64,000 nucleotides of DNA, taken from IMG/VR virus record IMGVR_UViG_3300028833_000078; one strand, 5' to 3'. The notes under the pieces are model-generated. The model saw nothing but the letters and a program-made list of their open reading frames with translations. It made no database searches and had not been told where the DNA came from. Origin of the DNA: a virus. Lineage: Duplodnaviria; Caudoviricetes. Below, one piece after another: positions 45,784-58,249 of the stretch (positions are counted from its first letter, which is position 1; each line of letters starts with the position of its first letter). A program made the translations under genes and the position numbers.

Positions 45784-48700
45784 ATGAATAGTCAACGTTT
45801 TGAAGTTCATAGTCACACACATTATAGTAATTTTCGTTTACTTGACTGTATTAACCGCCCTAAAGACTTAATTAATCGAGCTATTGACCTTGGGTTAGCA
45901 GGCATAACAATAACAGACCACGAAACACTTGCCGCACATCCAGAGGTCAATTTTTATGAGGATGAGGTACAGAAGGAACATCCAGATTTTAAAATTGCAT
46001 TAGGTAATGAGATATATTTAACTGAAACAAGAGATAGTGGGCAAAAATATTATCACTTTATTTTAATTGCAAAAAATAAAACTGGACATAGAGCTTTAAG
46101 AGAATTATCCTCAAGAGCTTGGATGAATAGTTATTGGGATAGAGGTTTAGAAAGAGTACCAACTTTAAAAAGTGATTTAGAAGAAATTTATAATAAATAT
46201 CCGAATTCTTTAATAGCAACTTCAGCTTGTCTTGGAGGAGAGCTAAGCGTTAATACATTAGCTTTAATTAATGCCGAAAAGGTAGGCGATAATGCGGGAG
46301 CACAAGAAGCTCATCAAAAAATAGTTAATTTTATGTTATGGTGTAAAAAATTATTTAAAGAAGATTTTTATGTAGAGTGCGCACCAGGATGTTCAAAAGA
46401 TCAAATTGCAGTTAATAAAAGATTAGTATCAATAGCTAAAGCATTTAATTGTAAGATGGTAATTGGCGGAGATGCGCATTATTTAAAGAAAGATGATAGA
46501 TATGTTCATAAAGCATATTTAAATAGTAAATATGGCGAAAGAGAAGTCGATGATTTCTATGAATATGCATATCTTCAAGATGATAATGAAATATTAGAGC
46601 ATTTATCTAAAAGTGAATTTAGCGAAGAATTTATAGATGAAATATATGCAAACAGCTTAGAGATATATAATAAAATAGAAAAATATAGTTTGGCGCATAA
46701 GCAAACTATCCCAAAAGTAGAAGTTAAAGATTATCCTAAATATATGTTTAAAGAACCTCGTTTTGAAGATAAGTATCCTGTTTTAACGCAATTAAGAACA
46801 TCAGATGATAAAATTGAAAGATATTGGTCTAATTATTGTTTAAATAAATTAGTAGATATGAATTTATATAATGATAAATATTTAGACAGATTAGAAGAAG
46901 AAGCTGATATCAAGAAAACAATTAGTGAAAAACTTGAAACAAATATGTTTGCTTATCCAGTAACATTACAGCATTATGTTGATATGTTTTGGGATTGTGG
47001 AAGTATGGTTGGCGCAGGACGTGGTTCTTCATGTTCTGGTTTAAATCATTATCTTTTAGGAATAACTCAGCTAGATCCAATCCAATGGAACTTACCTTTC
47101 TGGAGATATTTAAATAAAGAAAGAGTAGAATTAGGAGATATAGATTTGGATTTATGCCCAAGCAAACGTCCTTTAATATTAAAGAAAATAAAAGAAGAAA
47201 GAGGACAAAATTTCTTAGATAGCATAGATGATTTAAGTAGAAAAAATTTAGGTTGCACATTGATAGCTACATATGGCACAGAAGGAACTCGTTCAACAAT
47301 CTTAACCGCCTGCCGCGGATATAGAAGTGAAGATTATCCTGATGGTATTGATGTTGATACTGCACAATATTTAAGTTCGCTTATTCCGCAAGAAAGAGGA
47401 TTTTTATGGTCTCTTGATGATATTATAAATGGTAATCCAGATAAAGGTCGTAAGCCAAGTACTTTATTTATAAATGAAGTAAATCAATATCCTGGCCTAT
47501 TGGAGATTATGCAGGGTATTGAAGGATTGGTTAATAAAAGAAGTTCTCATGCTTCTGGTGTAATTTTATTTGATGAAGATCCATATGAATTTGGTTGTTT
47601 TATGAGAACTCCAAAAGGAGAAGTAATAACACAATATGATTTACATATGTGCGAAGCTTGTGGTATGACAAAATATGACTTCTTAGTAACAGAAGTTCAA
47701 GATAAATTGACTGAAGCAATTAGATTATTACAAAAGTATGGAGAAATAGATGAAAATTTAACTTTAAGAGAAGTTTATGATAAATATTTTCATCCGAATG
47801 TATTGCCAATAGATAATCAAAAATGTTGGGAAGCATTACAAAAAAATAATGTATTAAATATTTTCCAATTTGATAGTGACGTGGGCGGTCAAGCGGCAAA
47901 AAAAATTAAGCCTACAAATATTCTTGAGATGGCCGATGCAAACGGTCTAATGAGATTGATGACTGCGGAAAAGGGACAAGAAGCCCCAATGGAGAAATAT
48001 ATTAGATTTAAAAATAATATATCTTTATGGTATGATGAGATGACAAAATATGGATTGACCGCAGATGAACAGAAAACGTTAGAACCATATTTCTTAAGTT
48101 CGCATGGAGTTCCTCCAAGTCAAGAACAATTAATGAGAATGTTAATGGATAAAAATATTTGTAATTTTAGTTTAAAAGATGCAAATGCCGCAAGAAAAAT
48201 TGTTGGTAAAAAACAAATGAGTAAGATTCCCGCACTTCATCAACAAATATTAGACCAAGCATCAAGTCCTGCATTAGGAAAATATGTTTGGGAATGTGGT
48301 GTTGGACCTCAAATGGGGTATTCATTCTCAGTTATTCATGCTCTTGCTTATTCTTTTATAGGTTTCCAAACTATGTATATAGCAACTAATTGGGATCCAA
48401 TATATTGGAATACCGCATGTTTAGTTGTAAATAGTGGTTCATTAGAAAATGATGAAGATGATTCGTATGAAGAAGACGATGAAGGAAATATAAAGAAAAA
48501 AGAGAAGACCACAGATTATACAAAAATAGCAAAAGCTCTTGGAGATATTATTAGTAGAGGTATTAAAATTAGTTTAATAGATATAAATAAATCAAATTAT
48601 AGTTTTGAACCAGATGTCGAAAATCAACAAATATTATTTGGTATGAAGGCATTAAGTGGTTTAAATGATGGAACAATAGAGCAAATAATGGCAGCAAGAC

Positions 48701-49743
48701 CTTATAGCGGAATAAAAGACTTTATGGCACGTTGCCCATTAAATAAAACTGCAATGATTAGTTTAATTAAAGGTGGAGCTTTTGATAAATTAGAAGAGAA
48801 ATGGGGAAAAGAATTAAATATAGAGCCTAGAAAAGTTGTTATGACATATTATTTATCTCAAGTATGTGAAGCTAAAAAGAGATTAACTTTACAAAACTTT
48901 AATGGATTGATGCAATATAATTTAATTCCGCAAGAATTAGAATTTCAAAAAAGAGTATTCATATTTAATAAATATTTAAAAACAAATCAAAAAGTTGGTA
49001 AATATTTTGTATTTAATGAACCTTGTTTAAAATTTTATGAAGAATTTTTTAATAATGATTTATTAGAAGTAATTAATGGGGTAACTTGTATATTACAAAC
49101 AAAATGGGATAATATTTATCAAGCGCAAATGGATCCTGCCAGAGATTATTTCAAGGACCATCAGGAAGAATTATTAAATAAATATAATACAATATTATTT
49201 AAAGAAATGTGGGATAAATATGCAAAAGGCAATATTTCCGCATGGGAAATGGATTCATTATGTTTTTATTATCATGAACATGAATTAAAAAATATTGATG
49301 TTCATAAGTATGGAATAGTAGATTTCTTTAATTTACCGACAGAGCCAGAAGTTGATTATACATTTAAAAGAAATGGAAAAGATATTCCTATATTTAAAAC
49401 TTATAAAATCATAGGAACAGTAATAAATAAAAATGATAATAAAAACTCAATTTCATTATTAACAACAACAGGAATAGTAACAGTTAAATTTACAAAAGAA
49501 TATTATGCAATGTTTGCAAGACAAATTAGTGAAGTTGGTGAAGATGGCGCAAAGCACGTTGTTGAAAAAGGCTGGTTTATTCGTGGAACAAAGGTTATGG
49601 TAACAGGTTTCCGCAGAGATGATACTTTTGTTGCAAAGACCTATAGTAAAACAGCAACACATCAACTTTATAAAATAACAAATGTAAGAGGAACAGATAT
49701 GGAACTTGAGCATGAAAGATATCAAATTGAGGAGGTTGCTTAA
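45784..49743 (+). CDS. dnaE: DNA polymerase III alpha subunit
   Basis: PHP HSHTHYS, TDHE, GRGS, DIDLD, HASG, KYDFL. Confidence 0.93.
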   Translation: MNSQRFEVHSHTHYSNFRLLDCINRPKDLINRAIDLGLAGITITDHETLAAHPEVNFYEDEVQKEHPDFKIALGNEIYLTETRDSGQKYYHFILIAKNKTGHRALRELSSRAWMNSYWDRGLERVPTLKSDLEEIYNKYPNSLIATSACLGGELSVNTLALINAEKVGDNAGAQEAHQKIVNFMLWCKKLFKEDFYVECAPGCSKDQIAVNKRLVSIAKAFNCKMVIGGDAHYLKKDDRYVHKAYLNSKYGEREVDDFYEYAYLQDDNEILEHLSKSEFSEEFIDEIYANSLEIYNKIEKYSLAHKQTIPKVEVKDYPKYMFKEPRFEDKYPVLTQLRTSDDKIERYWSNYCLNKLVDMNLYNDKYLDRLEEEADIKKTISEKLETNMFAYPVTLQHYVDMFWDCGSMVGAGRGSSCSGLNHYLLGITQLDPIQWNLPFWRYLNKERVELGDIDLDLCPSKRPLILKKIKEERGQNFLDSIDDLSRKNLGCTLIATYGTEGTRSTILTACRGYRSEDYPDGIDVDTAQYLSSLIPQERGFLWSLDDIINGNPDKGRKPSTLFINEVNQYPGLLEIMQGIEGLVNKRSSHASGVILFDEDPYEFGCFMRTPKGEVITQYDLHMCEACGMTKYDFLVTEVQDKLTEAIRLLQKYGEIDENLTLREVYDKYFHPNVLPIDNQKCWEALQKNNVLNIFQFDSDVGGQAAKKIKPTNILEMADANGLMRLMTAEKGQEAPMEKYIRFKNNISLWYDEMTKYGLTADEQKTLEPYFLSSHGVPPSQEQLMRMLMDKNICNFSLKDANAARKIVGKKQMSKIPALHQQILDQASSPALGKYVWECGVGPQMGYSFSVIHALAYSFIGFQTMYIATNWDPIYWNTACLVVNSGSLENDEDDSYEEDDEGNIKKKEKTTDYTKIAKALGDIISRGIKISLIDINKSNYSFEPDVENQQILFGMKALSGLNDGTIEQIMAARPYSGIKDFMARCPLNKTAMISLIKGGAFDKLEEKWGKELNIEPRKVVMTYYLSQVCEAKKRLTLQNFNGLMQYNLIPQELEFQKRVFIFNKYLKTNQKVGKYFVFNEPCLKFYEEFFNNDLLEVINGVTCILQTKWDNIYQAQMDPARDYFKDHQEELLNKYNTILFKEMWDKYAKGNISAWEMDSLCFYYHEHELKNIDVHKYGIVDFFNLPTEPEVDYTFKRNGKDIPIFKTYKIIGTVINKNDNKNSISLLTTTGIVTVKFTKEYYAMFARQISEVGEDGAKHVVEKGWFIRGTKVMVTGFRRDDTFVAKTYSKTATHQLYKITNVRGTDMELEHERYQIEEVA

Positions 49744-50048
49744 TGAAAATAATTAAAGAAGGTCAAAAAATAGAAAAGAGAAGTTGTTGCCCATATTGTC
49801 AATGTCAATTTGAATATGATAATACAGATATTTATATTGATTATAGCTATACTTCTCCTAATAGTTATGTAATATGTCCTGGCTGTCATCAAAAAGTATT
49901 TATTTATAATTATCCACAAATTTATACTCCAATAACTTGGCCAGAAATACCTACTTATCCATGGTGGCATCAACCGCCATATAATGGACCAACCATAACC
50001 CTAGATTCAAATTGGTCAAAAGAACATCTGGAAGGAGAAAATAAATAA
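49743..50048 (+). CDS. Zn-ribbon hypothetical protein
   Basis: CPYC..CPGC. Confidence 0.6.
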   Translation: MKIIKEGQKIEKRSCCPYCQCQFEYDNTDIYIDYSYTSPNSYVICPGCHQKVFIYNYPQIYTPITWPEIPTYPWWHQPPYNGPTITLDSNWSKEHLEGENK

Positions 50049-50329
50049 TGAGTATAATAAATCATCCTTCTCATTATGCAGAAGGAAGAGAATATGAACC
50101 AATAGATGTTATCGAAGACTGGGATTTAGGTTTCAGTCTCGGTAACGCAGTTAAATATATATCTAGAGCGGGGAGAAAAGACCCTAGTACAAAAATAGAA
50201 GATTTAAAAAAGGCTATATGGTATATAAATAGAGAAATAGAAAGGACGTTAGCATATGGATGCGCACAACAAAATACAGATTATTTCGATAGATGGGAAA
50301 ATCCGGAAGCGGAGCAAAGCAATTCATAG
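50048..50329 (+). CDS. DUF3310 family (T7 gp1.7-like nucleotide kinase)
   Basis: NHPSHY, GNAVKYISRAG, EDLKKAIWY. Confidence 0.8.
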   Translation: MSIINHPSHYAEGREYEPIDVIEDWDLGFSLGNAVKYISRAGRKDPSTKIEDLKKAIWYINREIERTLAYGCAQQNTDYFDRWENPEAEQSNS

Positions 50330-50334
50330 AGTGA

Positions 50335-50832
50335 ATGACATTAAACATTCCTAATTGCGTAAAAGCTCCTAGATATAAAGGTGCTTCCGCAGAATTAACA
50401 ACTACTAATTTTGTTGAAGCTATAAATAATGGAGAGATTATTGAAGCTACTGTCGAAGAAGATGGCTCTGTATATGGTACAAATATTAAAAATTTATCTC
50501 CTGATTATTTATATGTTTATGATTATCCACTTGAGGCTAGAGATTGTTTAAGATTTTGCCCTGATATTGAATTACTAACAGTATCATTATATTCTACTGA
50601 AAAGATTATGTTAAGAAGAGCTATTGATTTAGATTGAAACAGTTATGAATCAATAGAAGATTTTTTAAAAAAAGTTCAAAAAAGTGAAAGAAAAAATTAT
50701 AACTTAGAAGAAACTCAATGTTTTATTGGATGCTGACATCATAAAATAAAACCTAAATATATACTACAAAAAATAAAAGATTATAATGATAAGTATCACG
50801 TTTTATCAAATTTGGACAATTTTATTAAATAA
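50335..50832 (+). CDS. Hypothetical protein (TGA=Trp)
   Basis: ORF 50335-50637 continues through TGA to TAA. Confidence 0.5.
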
Positions 50833-50887
50833 ATTTTCACATATATAGATGGTTAATACCATAAAATACTTTTACAGGAGGATAAAA

Positions 50888-53108
50888 ATGACATCTTATA
50901 TTATTAAAAAAAGAGATGGTAGAACTCAAGAATTTAATAAGCAAAAAATTATTGAGGCTATCAAGAAAGCTTTATTAGCAGTAGAAGGTACTCTAACTAA
51001 AGCTGGAGTCAATATGGCAAGAAGAATTGCTAAATCAATTGAAGAAGAAGTTAAAAAGGGAGAAAAAGTATTTACTGTTGAAGAAATTCAAGATATGGTA
51101 GAAGAAAAACTTATGCAATCTTCTTATAAAAATGTAGCTAAAGCTTATATTTTATATAGAGAAGAAAGAAGTAAAGTTAGACAATTAAATACTCAATTAA
51201 TGAAGACTATATCTGAAAAATTAGATGCCTCTAATGTTCAAAATCAAAATGCTAATGTTGATGAACATTCATTTGGGGGAAGGATGGGCGAAGCTAGAAA
51301 TGAATTAATGAAAGATTATGCTCTTAATTATTGTATGAGTGAAAAGTCAAGAGAAAACCATTTAAATAATGAAGTGTATATTCATGATTTAGATTCATAT
51401 GCAGTAGGTATGCACAATTGCTTAACTATTCCTTTTGATGATTTACTTGCTAAAGGTTTCAACACTAGACAAACTGATGTTAGACCTGCAAATTCTGTAA
51501 ATACAGCATTTCAATTAATTGCTGTTTTATTCCAATTACAAAGCTTACAACAATATGGAGGAGTAAGTGCCAGCCACTTAGATTGGACAATGGTTCCATA
51601 TGTTCGTAAATCATTCTTTAAACATTGGAGAGATGGGCATAAGTATATAATGCAAGATCCAGATGCAGATAATTTAGTATTTCGTGATGATTTATCAATA
51701 GATGATGACTATTATAAGAAAGATGAACGAGTATATACATATGCTATGGATATGACTGAAAAAGAGATTAAACAAGCAGTTGAGGGTATGTATCATAATC
51801 TTAATACATTACAATCACGTTCTGGAAATCAATTACCATTTACTTCAATTAATTATGGCACTTGCACATCTTTAGAAGGTAGAATGATAACAAAAGCTTT
51901 ATTAGAAGGTTCAATTAATGGAGTTGGAAAAGTACATAAAACACCTATTTTCCCTTGCGGAATCTTTCAATGTATGAAAGGTGTCAACCGCGCTCCAGGA
52001 GACCCTAATTACGATTTATTTAAATTAGCATTAAGATCAACTGCACAAAGATTATATCCTAATTATGCAAATGTAGATTGGTCTACAAATGCAAGTTATG
52101 ATAGAAATAATCCAGAAACATATGTATCAACTATGCGGTTGTCGCACATACAATGGTGCAGATATAAATGCAGACCCAGGTGTTCATCCTCAAACAAAAG
52201 ATGGAAGAGGTAATATTGCACCAACAACAATTATATTACCAACTCTTGCAATGGAGGCTAATAAAAATATTGAAGAATTTATGAAATTATTAGATATTAA
52301 GATTGCTGAAGCAAGAGATAGCTTAATTGAAAGATATAATTGAATTATTAAACAAAATCCAAATTCTGCAAAATTTATGTATGAAAATGGGCTAATGCGC
52401 GGATATGATGGTAAAACTATTGAAAGCGCGATGAAACATGGTACTCTTGTTATTGGACAATTAGGACTTGCAGAAACTTTACAAATCTTAATTGGTAAAG
52501 ATCATACAACAGATGAAGGTATGGAATTAGCTAAACGTATTGAGCAATTGTTTAAAGATAGATGTGCTCAATTTAAACAAGAATATCATTTGAATTTTGG
52601 AGTTTATTATACTCCTGCCGAAAATTTATGCTATACTGCTATGAAAAAATTCCAAAAGAAATATGGAAGTATTCCAAATGTTAGTGATAAAGAATTCTTT
52701 ACTAACAGCATTCATGTTCCAGTGTGAAAACATATTGATCCATTTACAAAAATTGATATTGAAAGCCAATTAACTGGATATTCAAATGCTGGATGTATTA
52801 CCTATGTAGAATTAGATAGCGGAGCTAAAAATAATTTAGAAGCTCTTGAGCAAATAGTTAATTATGCTATGGATAAAGATATCCCATATTTTGCAATCAA
52901 TGTTCCTTGTGATACTTGTCTAGATTGCGGATATACAGATGAATTTAATGATAAATGTCCTCAATGCGGAAGCCATAATATTCAACAATTAAGAAGAGTA
53001 ACTGGTTATTTAACTGGTAATTATAAAACTGCTTTTAATAAAGGTAAACAACAAGAGACTGAAATGAGATATCAACACAGTAAACAACTAGCTAATTGGA
53101 GGAAATAA
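50888..53108 (+). CDS. nrdD: Anaerobic (class III) ribonucleotide reductase with ATP cone (CGGT site at 52136; TGA=Trp)
   Basis: IKKRDG, YIHD, HNC, STM-G(CGGT)-CRT, TPAENL, FFTNS, RRVTGYL. Confidence 0.93.
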
Positions 53109-53109
53109 A

Positions 53110-53601
53110 ATGGAAGACAGCACTTATATTAGATTAGCTGGTATTGAACCTAATGATATGGCTAATGGGGAAGGCGTTTGCGTAAGCGTCTTCCTTCAGG
53201 GCTGCCCTCATCATTGTCCAGGATGCCATAATCCAGAAACTTGAAATTTTGATGGTGGAGAAAAATATGCAATTGAAGATGCTATCGATGGAATACTTAA
53301 ATTAATTAGAGCAAATAATATTCAAAGAAATTTGAGTATTTTAGGCGGAGAACCGCTATGTCCTGAAAATATCGAGTTCACCGAACTATTAGCGGCGGCC
53401 GCAAAAAAGAAATACCCAAATATAAAAATATATTGTTGAACAGGCTATGTTTTAGAAGAATTAAATGAGAATAAATTAAAAAATATAGACATTTTAATAG
53501 ATGGCCCTTACCAAGCCGAAAACCGCGATATTACTCTTCCTCTTAGAGGAAGTACAAATCAACGAGTTTTATTTAATGGAATTGATTTTTTAAAAAAATA
53601 A
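53110..53601 (+). CDS. nrdG: Anaerobic RNR activase (TGA=Trp)
   Basis: NGEG, QGCPHHCPGCHNPET[W], GGEP, [W]TGY, DG, RGSTNQ. Confidence 0.9.
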
Positions 53602-53644
53602 ATATATAATATAATATAAAAAAGTAAAGAAAGGGATTAAAATA

Positions 53645-53935
53645 ATGTTAACAGCAACTACATATAAAGATAAAGATTATAAATTAATAGCAGATTATCA
53701 TCCAGATATTATTACTTATACAATTCAACCTCTTGAAACTCGTTTAACTGCAATAACTGCTTCAAATTTAAGAGATACAATATCGACTATGATAGAAACA
53801 GCTCCCCGCGAAGTAATAGTAAAAAACATAAGAGCAATAAAATGCCCTTGTTGTGGGGCACCTATTTCAAAATCAATAGACCATAATTGTAGTTATTGTG
53901 GAATGTATTTATCTTTAGAAAAGGAGGAAGTATAA
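53645..53935 (+). CDS. Zn-ribbon hypothetical protein
   Basis: CPCCGA..CSYCG. Confidence 0.6.
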   Translation: MLTATTYKDKDYKLIADYHPDIITYTIQPLETRLTAITASNLRDTISTMIETAPREVIVKNIRAIKCPCCGAPISKSIDHNCSYCGMYLSLEKEEV

Positions 53936-54462
53936 TGGCAGTACAAAGAATATTAAGTTATTATGATGAAGAAGATAGAAAAATATTAAAATCAAAAAGT
54001 GAACCCGTTGATGATATATTATGTGAAGAAACTCAACAAATTATTCAAGATTTAAAAGATACTCTTTTAAATGAAAATGAAAAAACAAAAGGAGGAATTG
54101 TAGGACTTTCTGCAGTTCAAATCGGAGTTCTTAAACAAATTTGTGTAATTAAATATGATATATATTTTCTTACAATTATTAATCCTGTTGTCACAAAAAC
54201 AAGAGGAGAATTAATTTATAGAGAAAGTTGTGCTTCTAGTCCAGATACTTTTATTACAACACATAGATTTCAAAAAGTATGGGCTGATTATTATGATGAA
54301 AATAATAAGTTAAAACATGCTGATCAAGGTGGTTTATTCAGTGTTATACTTCAACATGAAATGGATCACTTTGAAGGAAAATGTTTAGTTGGAGAAGAAG
54401 CAATAAGAAGATTGGAAGAAAAGAAGGAGAATAATAAAAATGGGATTGATCAAGAAAATTAA
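53935..54462 (+). CDS. def: Peptide deformylase
   Basis: VGLSAVQIG, ESCAS, QHEMDH. Confidence 0.85.
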   Translation: MAVQRILSYYDEEDRKILKSKSEPVDDILCEETQQIIQDLKDTLLNENEKTKGGIVGLSAVQIGVLKQICVIKYDIYFLTIINPVVTKTRGELIYRESCASSPDTFITTHRFQKVWADYYDENNKLKHADQGGLFSVILQHEMDHFEGKCLVGEEAIRRLEEKKENNKNGIDQEN

Positions 54463-54973
54463 AATCAAAATAGGAGAAAGAAGATTAAAGAAAGATTTAA
54501 ATAAACATTTAGAAGAGATAGAAAAAGCTTATTATTTATTGGTTTCTAATTATACTTTTAATAAACATTTTGATTGGACAGAAGCTGATTATGAAGAATT
54601 ATATGATAGAGTTATAGATCATGACTCTGATAAATTTTCAAGTAAATTATTTGAGATTTATAGAAAATATTTATATCCTGTAAATAAGACAGAAAAAGAA
54701 TCCATTCGCGCCGAATTTGAAGAAGCAGTTAATGACCACAAAAATAATAATCGTCATCATTGGCAAGCTAGAATCGAAGACAATCCTGAAGAATTTACTT
54801 ATGACCAAAAGATGGATTGTTTTGAAGAAATTCTTGATATGATAGCTAGAATGGGAGAACAAAGTCTTGATTATTTTGAAGGATTCAAGAATGATATGCA
54901 TATTCCTGAAGTTCAAAAAGAATTTATGGAAAATATACTTTTTGATTTATATAAAAGTAAGGAGTCTTATTAA
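54440..54973 (+). CDS. HD-like hypothetical protein
   Basis: HDSDKF, H..NNRHHWQ, D. Confidence 0.6.
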   Translation: MGLIKKIKIKIGERRLKKDLNKHLEEIEKAYYLLVSNYTFNKHFDWTEADYEELYDRVIDHDSDKFSSKLFEIYRKYLYPVNKTEKESIRAEFEEAVNDHKNNNRHHWQARIEDNPEEFTYDQKMDCFEEILDMIARMGEQSLDYFEGFKNDMHIPEVQKEFMENILFDLYKSKESY

Positions 54974-55383
54974 TGAAGTTAATTAAGGGTAAGTTTAGAA
55001 ATAAAAAAAAGAAACAAACTAAAGTTGCTATTGGCAATTTATATGATTTAAATAAAAATTTAGTTACAAAAACAGTTTTACCTATGAATGAAGAAGAAAT
55101 AATAAATAAAAAGCAAATAATTTTAGATTTGCTTAATAATATCCCTCATGAATATATGATGTTATTATGTCATGACCGCAGAGATTATACAATTTTTCAA
55201 ATAGACAATAGTATAGAAGATTGCGTAAATATTCTTATTGATGAATGCTGTAAAAATCGCGGTCAGATTTGTTCGATTGAAAAAACCGAAGATGGACAAG
55301 CTATTGAAATTTGATTAAATATTAATAATGAGGCTTTTTGTTATTATTTCTTTTCATATTGTGAAGCAGTTATTAAATGTTAG
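54973..55383 (+). CDS. Hypothetical protein (TGA=Trp)
   Basis: ..AIEI[W]LN.. to TAG. Confidence 0.6.
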
Positions 55384-55400
55384 TAAAGGAGTTGTGAAAA

Positions 55401-55682
55401 TTGGCTAACATAAAAATTTTGAGAAAGATGATTTGTGTATTACAACCTTTTGCTCCAAGTCAATTAGTTTTTGTTTATGAAAATGGAAATAAAATTGATG
55501 CTGCAGAAGTCGAAATAGATAATCTTATAAATCAAATTTTATCTTTTTGTGATAAATATTATTTGTCAAAAGTCTCTTTCACAGGCCCAATTCAATATGC
55601 AAGAGGAATTGGTAAAAAAGTTCAAGAAAAATTTATTACTGAATATGGAAGAGAAATAGAAATAGAATATTTAAATAACTAG
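55401..55682 (+). CDS. Hypothetical protein
   Basis: ORF track. Confidence 0.6.
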   Translation: MANIKILRKMICVLQPFAPSQLVFVYENGNKIDAAEVEIDNLINQILSFCDKYYLSKVSFTGPIQYARGIGKKVQEKFITEYGREIEIEYLNN

Positions 55683-55691
55683 GAGGAAATA

Positions 55692-55958
55692 ATGAAATTT
55701 CTTTTAAGAGTAACTGAGGAATATAGAGTTGATAGTGAAAATGAAGCAACTCAATTAGAAGAAAAATGTAAAAAAGATAGCGCTTATCAAGTTATCAAAT
55801 GTACTAAACAATATAAAGAAAGAAAACAAAAGGGAGAAGTAGTAGATGCTTGGTATAAAGTGACTATTACAAAACAATTCACAGATGAAAAAGAACCTAT
55901 AAATATTTATACTCCAAACTATACTTTAGGAAGTACATTTGATAAGGAGGAAGATTAA
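55692..55958 (+). CDS. Hypothetical protein
   Basis: ORF track, AGGAGG RBS. Confidence 0.65.
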   Translation: MKFLLRVTEEYRVDSENEATQLEEKCKKDSAYQVIKCTKQYKERKQKGEVVDAWYKVTITKQFTDEKEPINIYTPNYTLGSTFDKEED

Positions 55959-56398
55959 TGGAATCAACAATTAATATAAAATTGCTTAATGAGTTTGCAA
56001 AAATTCCAACTCGCGGAAGTGAGGATGCTGCAGGATATGATTTGTATGCAGCAACAGATGGCCCAATTCGTATACCCGCACATAGAACGATTCTAATCGG
56101 AACAGGATTAAGTATGGCGTTACCAAAGGGGACTTTTTTAGGAATATATCCAAGAAGCGGTCTTGCAACAAAACAAGGATTAAGACCTGCAAATTGTGTT
56201 GGTGTAGTAGATTCTGATTATCGCGGAGAAATTAAAGTAGCTCTACACAATGATACAGATAATGATAAAGATATATTAGCAGGAGAAAGAATTGCTCAAG
56301 GAATTTTACATTCTTATATTCCAATGCAATTTAATATGGTTGAAGAATTAGATAAAACTGAAAGAGGAGCTGGAGGCTTTGGAAGTACAGGAAAATAA
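55958..56398 (+). CDS. dut: Trimeric dUTPase
   Basis: [28 protein letters not shown]. Confidence 0.93.
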   Translation: MESTINIKLLNEFAKIPTRGSEDAAGYDLYAATDGPIRIPAHRTILIGTGLSMALPKGTFLGIYPRSGLATKQGLRPANCVGVVDSDYRGEIKVALHNDTDNDKDILAGERIAQGILHSYIPMQFNMVEELDKTERGAGGFGSTGK

Positions 56399-57614
56399 TA
56401 TAGATAATAAAATTTTTCAAATTTTAAAGAAAGAAGAAAAAAGGCAACAAGAGAATATAGAATTAATTGCAAGTGAAAATTATGCATCAAAAGCAGTTCG
56501 CCAATTACAAGGAAGTATTTTTACTAATAAATATGCTGAAGGCTATCCTGGAAAAAGATATTATGGCGGTTGCGAGTATATTGATGAAATGGAACAGCTT
56601 GCTATTGACTATGCTTGCCAATTATTTAATTGCAAATATGCTAATGTACAACCTCATTGTGGAAGCTCTGCAAATATGGCGGTATATAGAGCGCTACTTC
56701 AGCCTGGAGATACTGTGCTAGGTATGAATTTAAATTCTGGAGGACATTTAACTCATGGCCATAAAATGAGTTTTAGTGGGCAAGACTATAATATTGTTAG
56801 TTATGATGTTAATGAAAATGGTTTCATTAATTATGCGGAAATCCGCGATATTGCGGTCAAGACCAAGCCAAAGATGATTATAGCGGGAGCTTCCGCATAC
56901 TCAAGAGCTATTGATTTTAAAATATTTAAAGAGATAGCTGATGAAGTTAATGCCTACCTAATGGTAGACATGGCTCATATTGCTGGACTAGTTGCCGCAG
57001 GATTACATCAAAATCCTTGTGATTATGCTGATGTAGTTACTTCTACAACACATAAAACATTAAGAGGTCCAAGAGGTGGAATTATATTAACTAATATTGA
57101 AGAAGTTATGAAAAAAATAAATAAAACTGTTTTTCCTGGTATTCAAGGCGGTCCGCTAGAACATATAATTGCCGCAAAAGCACAATGTTTTTATGAAGCT
57201 CTACAACCTGAATTTAAAATTTATCAGGAACAAGTTTTAAAAAATATTCAAGCTATGGCTGATAAATTTAAAGAACTTGGAGATAAAATTATTAGTAATG
57301 GAACTGATAACCATTTAATTTTATTAGATGTTTACAATTCATTTAATTTAACTGGTGCAGAAGCAGAAAAAATTTTGGATAGCATTCATATTACAGTAAA
57401 TAAAAATACTATTCCAAATGAGACTTTAAGTCCTGTTAAAGCAAGCGGAATCCGCATAGGTAGTCCCGCAATGACAACAAGAGGATTTAAAGAAGAAGAT
57501 TTTATTCAAGTAGCGGAAATTATTCATAATGCATTAAAATCTCCAAATTCCGCAAGTGAATATATTGATAAAGTTCTTGAATTAACTAAGAAATTTCCTA
57601 TTGAAGGAGAATAA
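56379..57614 (+). CDS. glyA: Serine hydroxymethyltransferase
   Basis: [40 protein letters not shown]. Confidence 0.95.
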   Translation: MEVQENNIDNKIFQILKKEEKRQQENIELIASENYASKAVRQLQGSIFTNKYAEGYPGKRYYGGCEYIDEMEQLAIDYACQLFNCKYANVQPHCGSSANMAVYRALLQPGDTVLGMNLNSGGHLTHGHKMSFSGQDYNIVSYDVNENGFINYAEIRDIAVKTKPKMIIAGASAYSRAIDFKIFKEIADEVNAYLMVDMAHIAGLVAAGLHQNPCDYADVVTSTTHKTLRGPRGGIILTNIEEVMKKINKTVFPGIQGGPLEHIIAAKAQCFYEALQPEFKIYQEQVLKNIQAMADKFKELGDKIISNGTDNHLILLDVYNSFNLTGAEAEKILDSIHITVNKNTIPNETLSPVKASGIRIGSPAMTTRGFKEEDFIQVAEIIHNALKSPNSASEYIDKVLELTKKFPIEGE

Positions 57615-57616
57615 AA

Positions 57617-58225
57617 ATGAATAATACTAATGTAAATATAACTAATTTTTATGTTGATTGGCAAGCAATAAAATCCGCATGTATGACCACAATTAGAAAA
57701 GAAGCTGGAGATAAAGAGCCATCTTCTATATGAAAAAGAAAACTATTATTAGCAGAACATAGTCCTATTAGACGTTCATTAATTAGTTGGAAATGGGAAG
57801 AAATTCCTTATGCTATATCTACTCACTTTGCAAGACATCATGAGGGGGTAGAAAAATTTGTAGGAACCTCAAGAACAGATAGAACTGGGGTTGATAGATC
57901 TCAACGCAGTCAAATGGATGTTGTTCCAATGGAAATGGATGCTAATATCCAAGGATTAATTAATATTTCTTTAAGACGTTTATGCACTTGCGCAGACCCT
58001 ATTACAAGAGCCTACTGAAAAGATTTATTATTAAAAATAAAAGAATATGATGAAGATATTTACTGGGCTTGCGTTCCGCAGTGTGTTCGCCATGGAGGAT
58101 GCGTTGAATTTCAAAATTGTGGATTTTATGATAAATTAATGGAAAATATAACAAAAGAAGAACAACAAAGTTTAATGAAAAGATATGATATTTATAATGA
58201 ATTTAGAAATAAAGATGTTAAATAA
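57617..58225 (+). CDS. thyX: FAD-dependent thymidylate synthase-like protein (TGA=Trp)
   Basis: EHSPIR, THFARH, SRTDR, RRLC; next to dut/glyA. Confidence 0.65.
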
Positions 58226-58249
58226 CATCTTTATTTTTTTTATTATTTT

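Noticed and set aside
50888-53108. Group I intron or intein interrupting nrdD
   Set aside because: The pieces are contiguous, separated only by one extra C and TGA codons.
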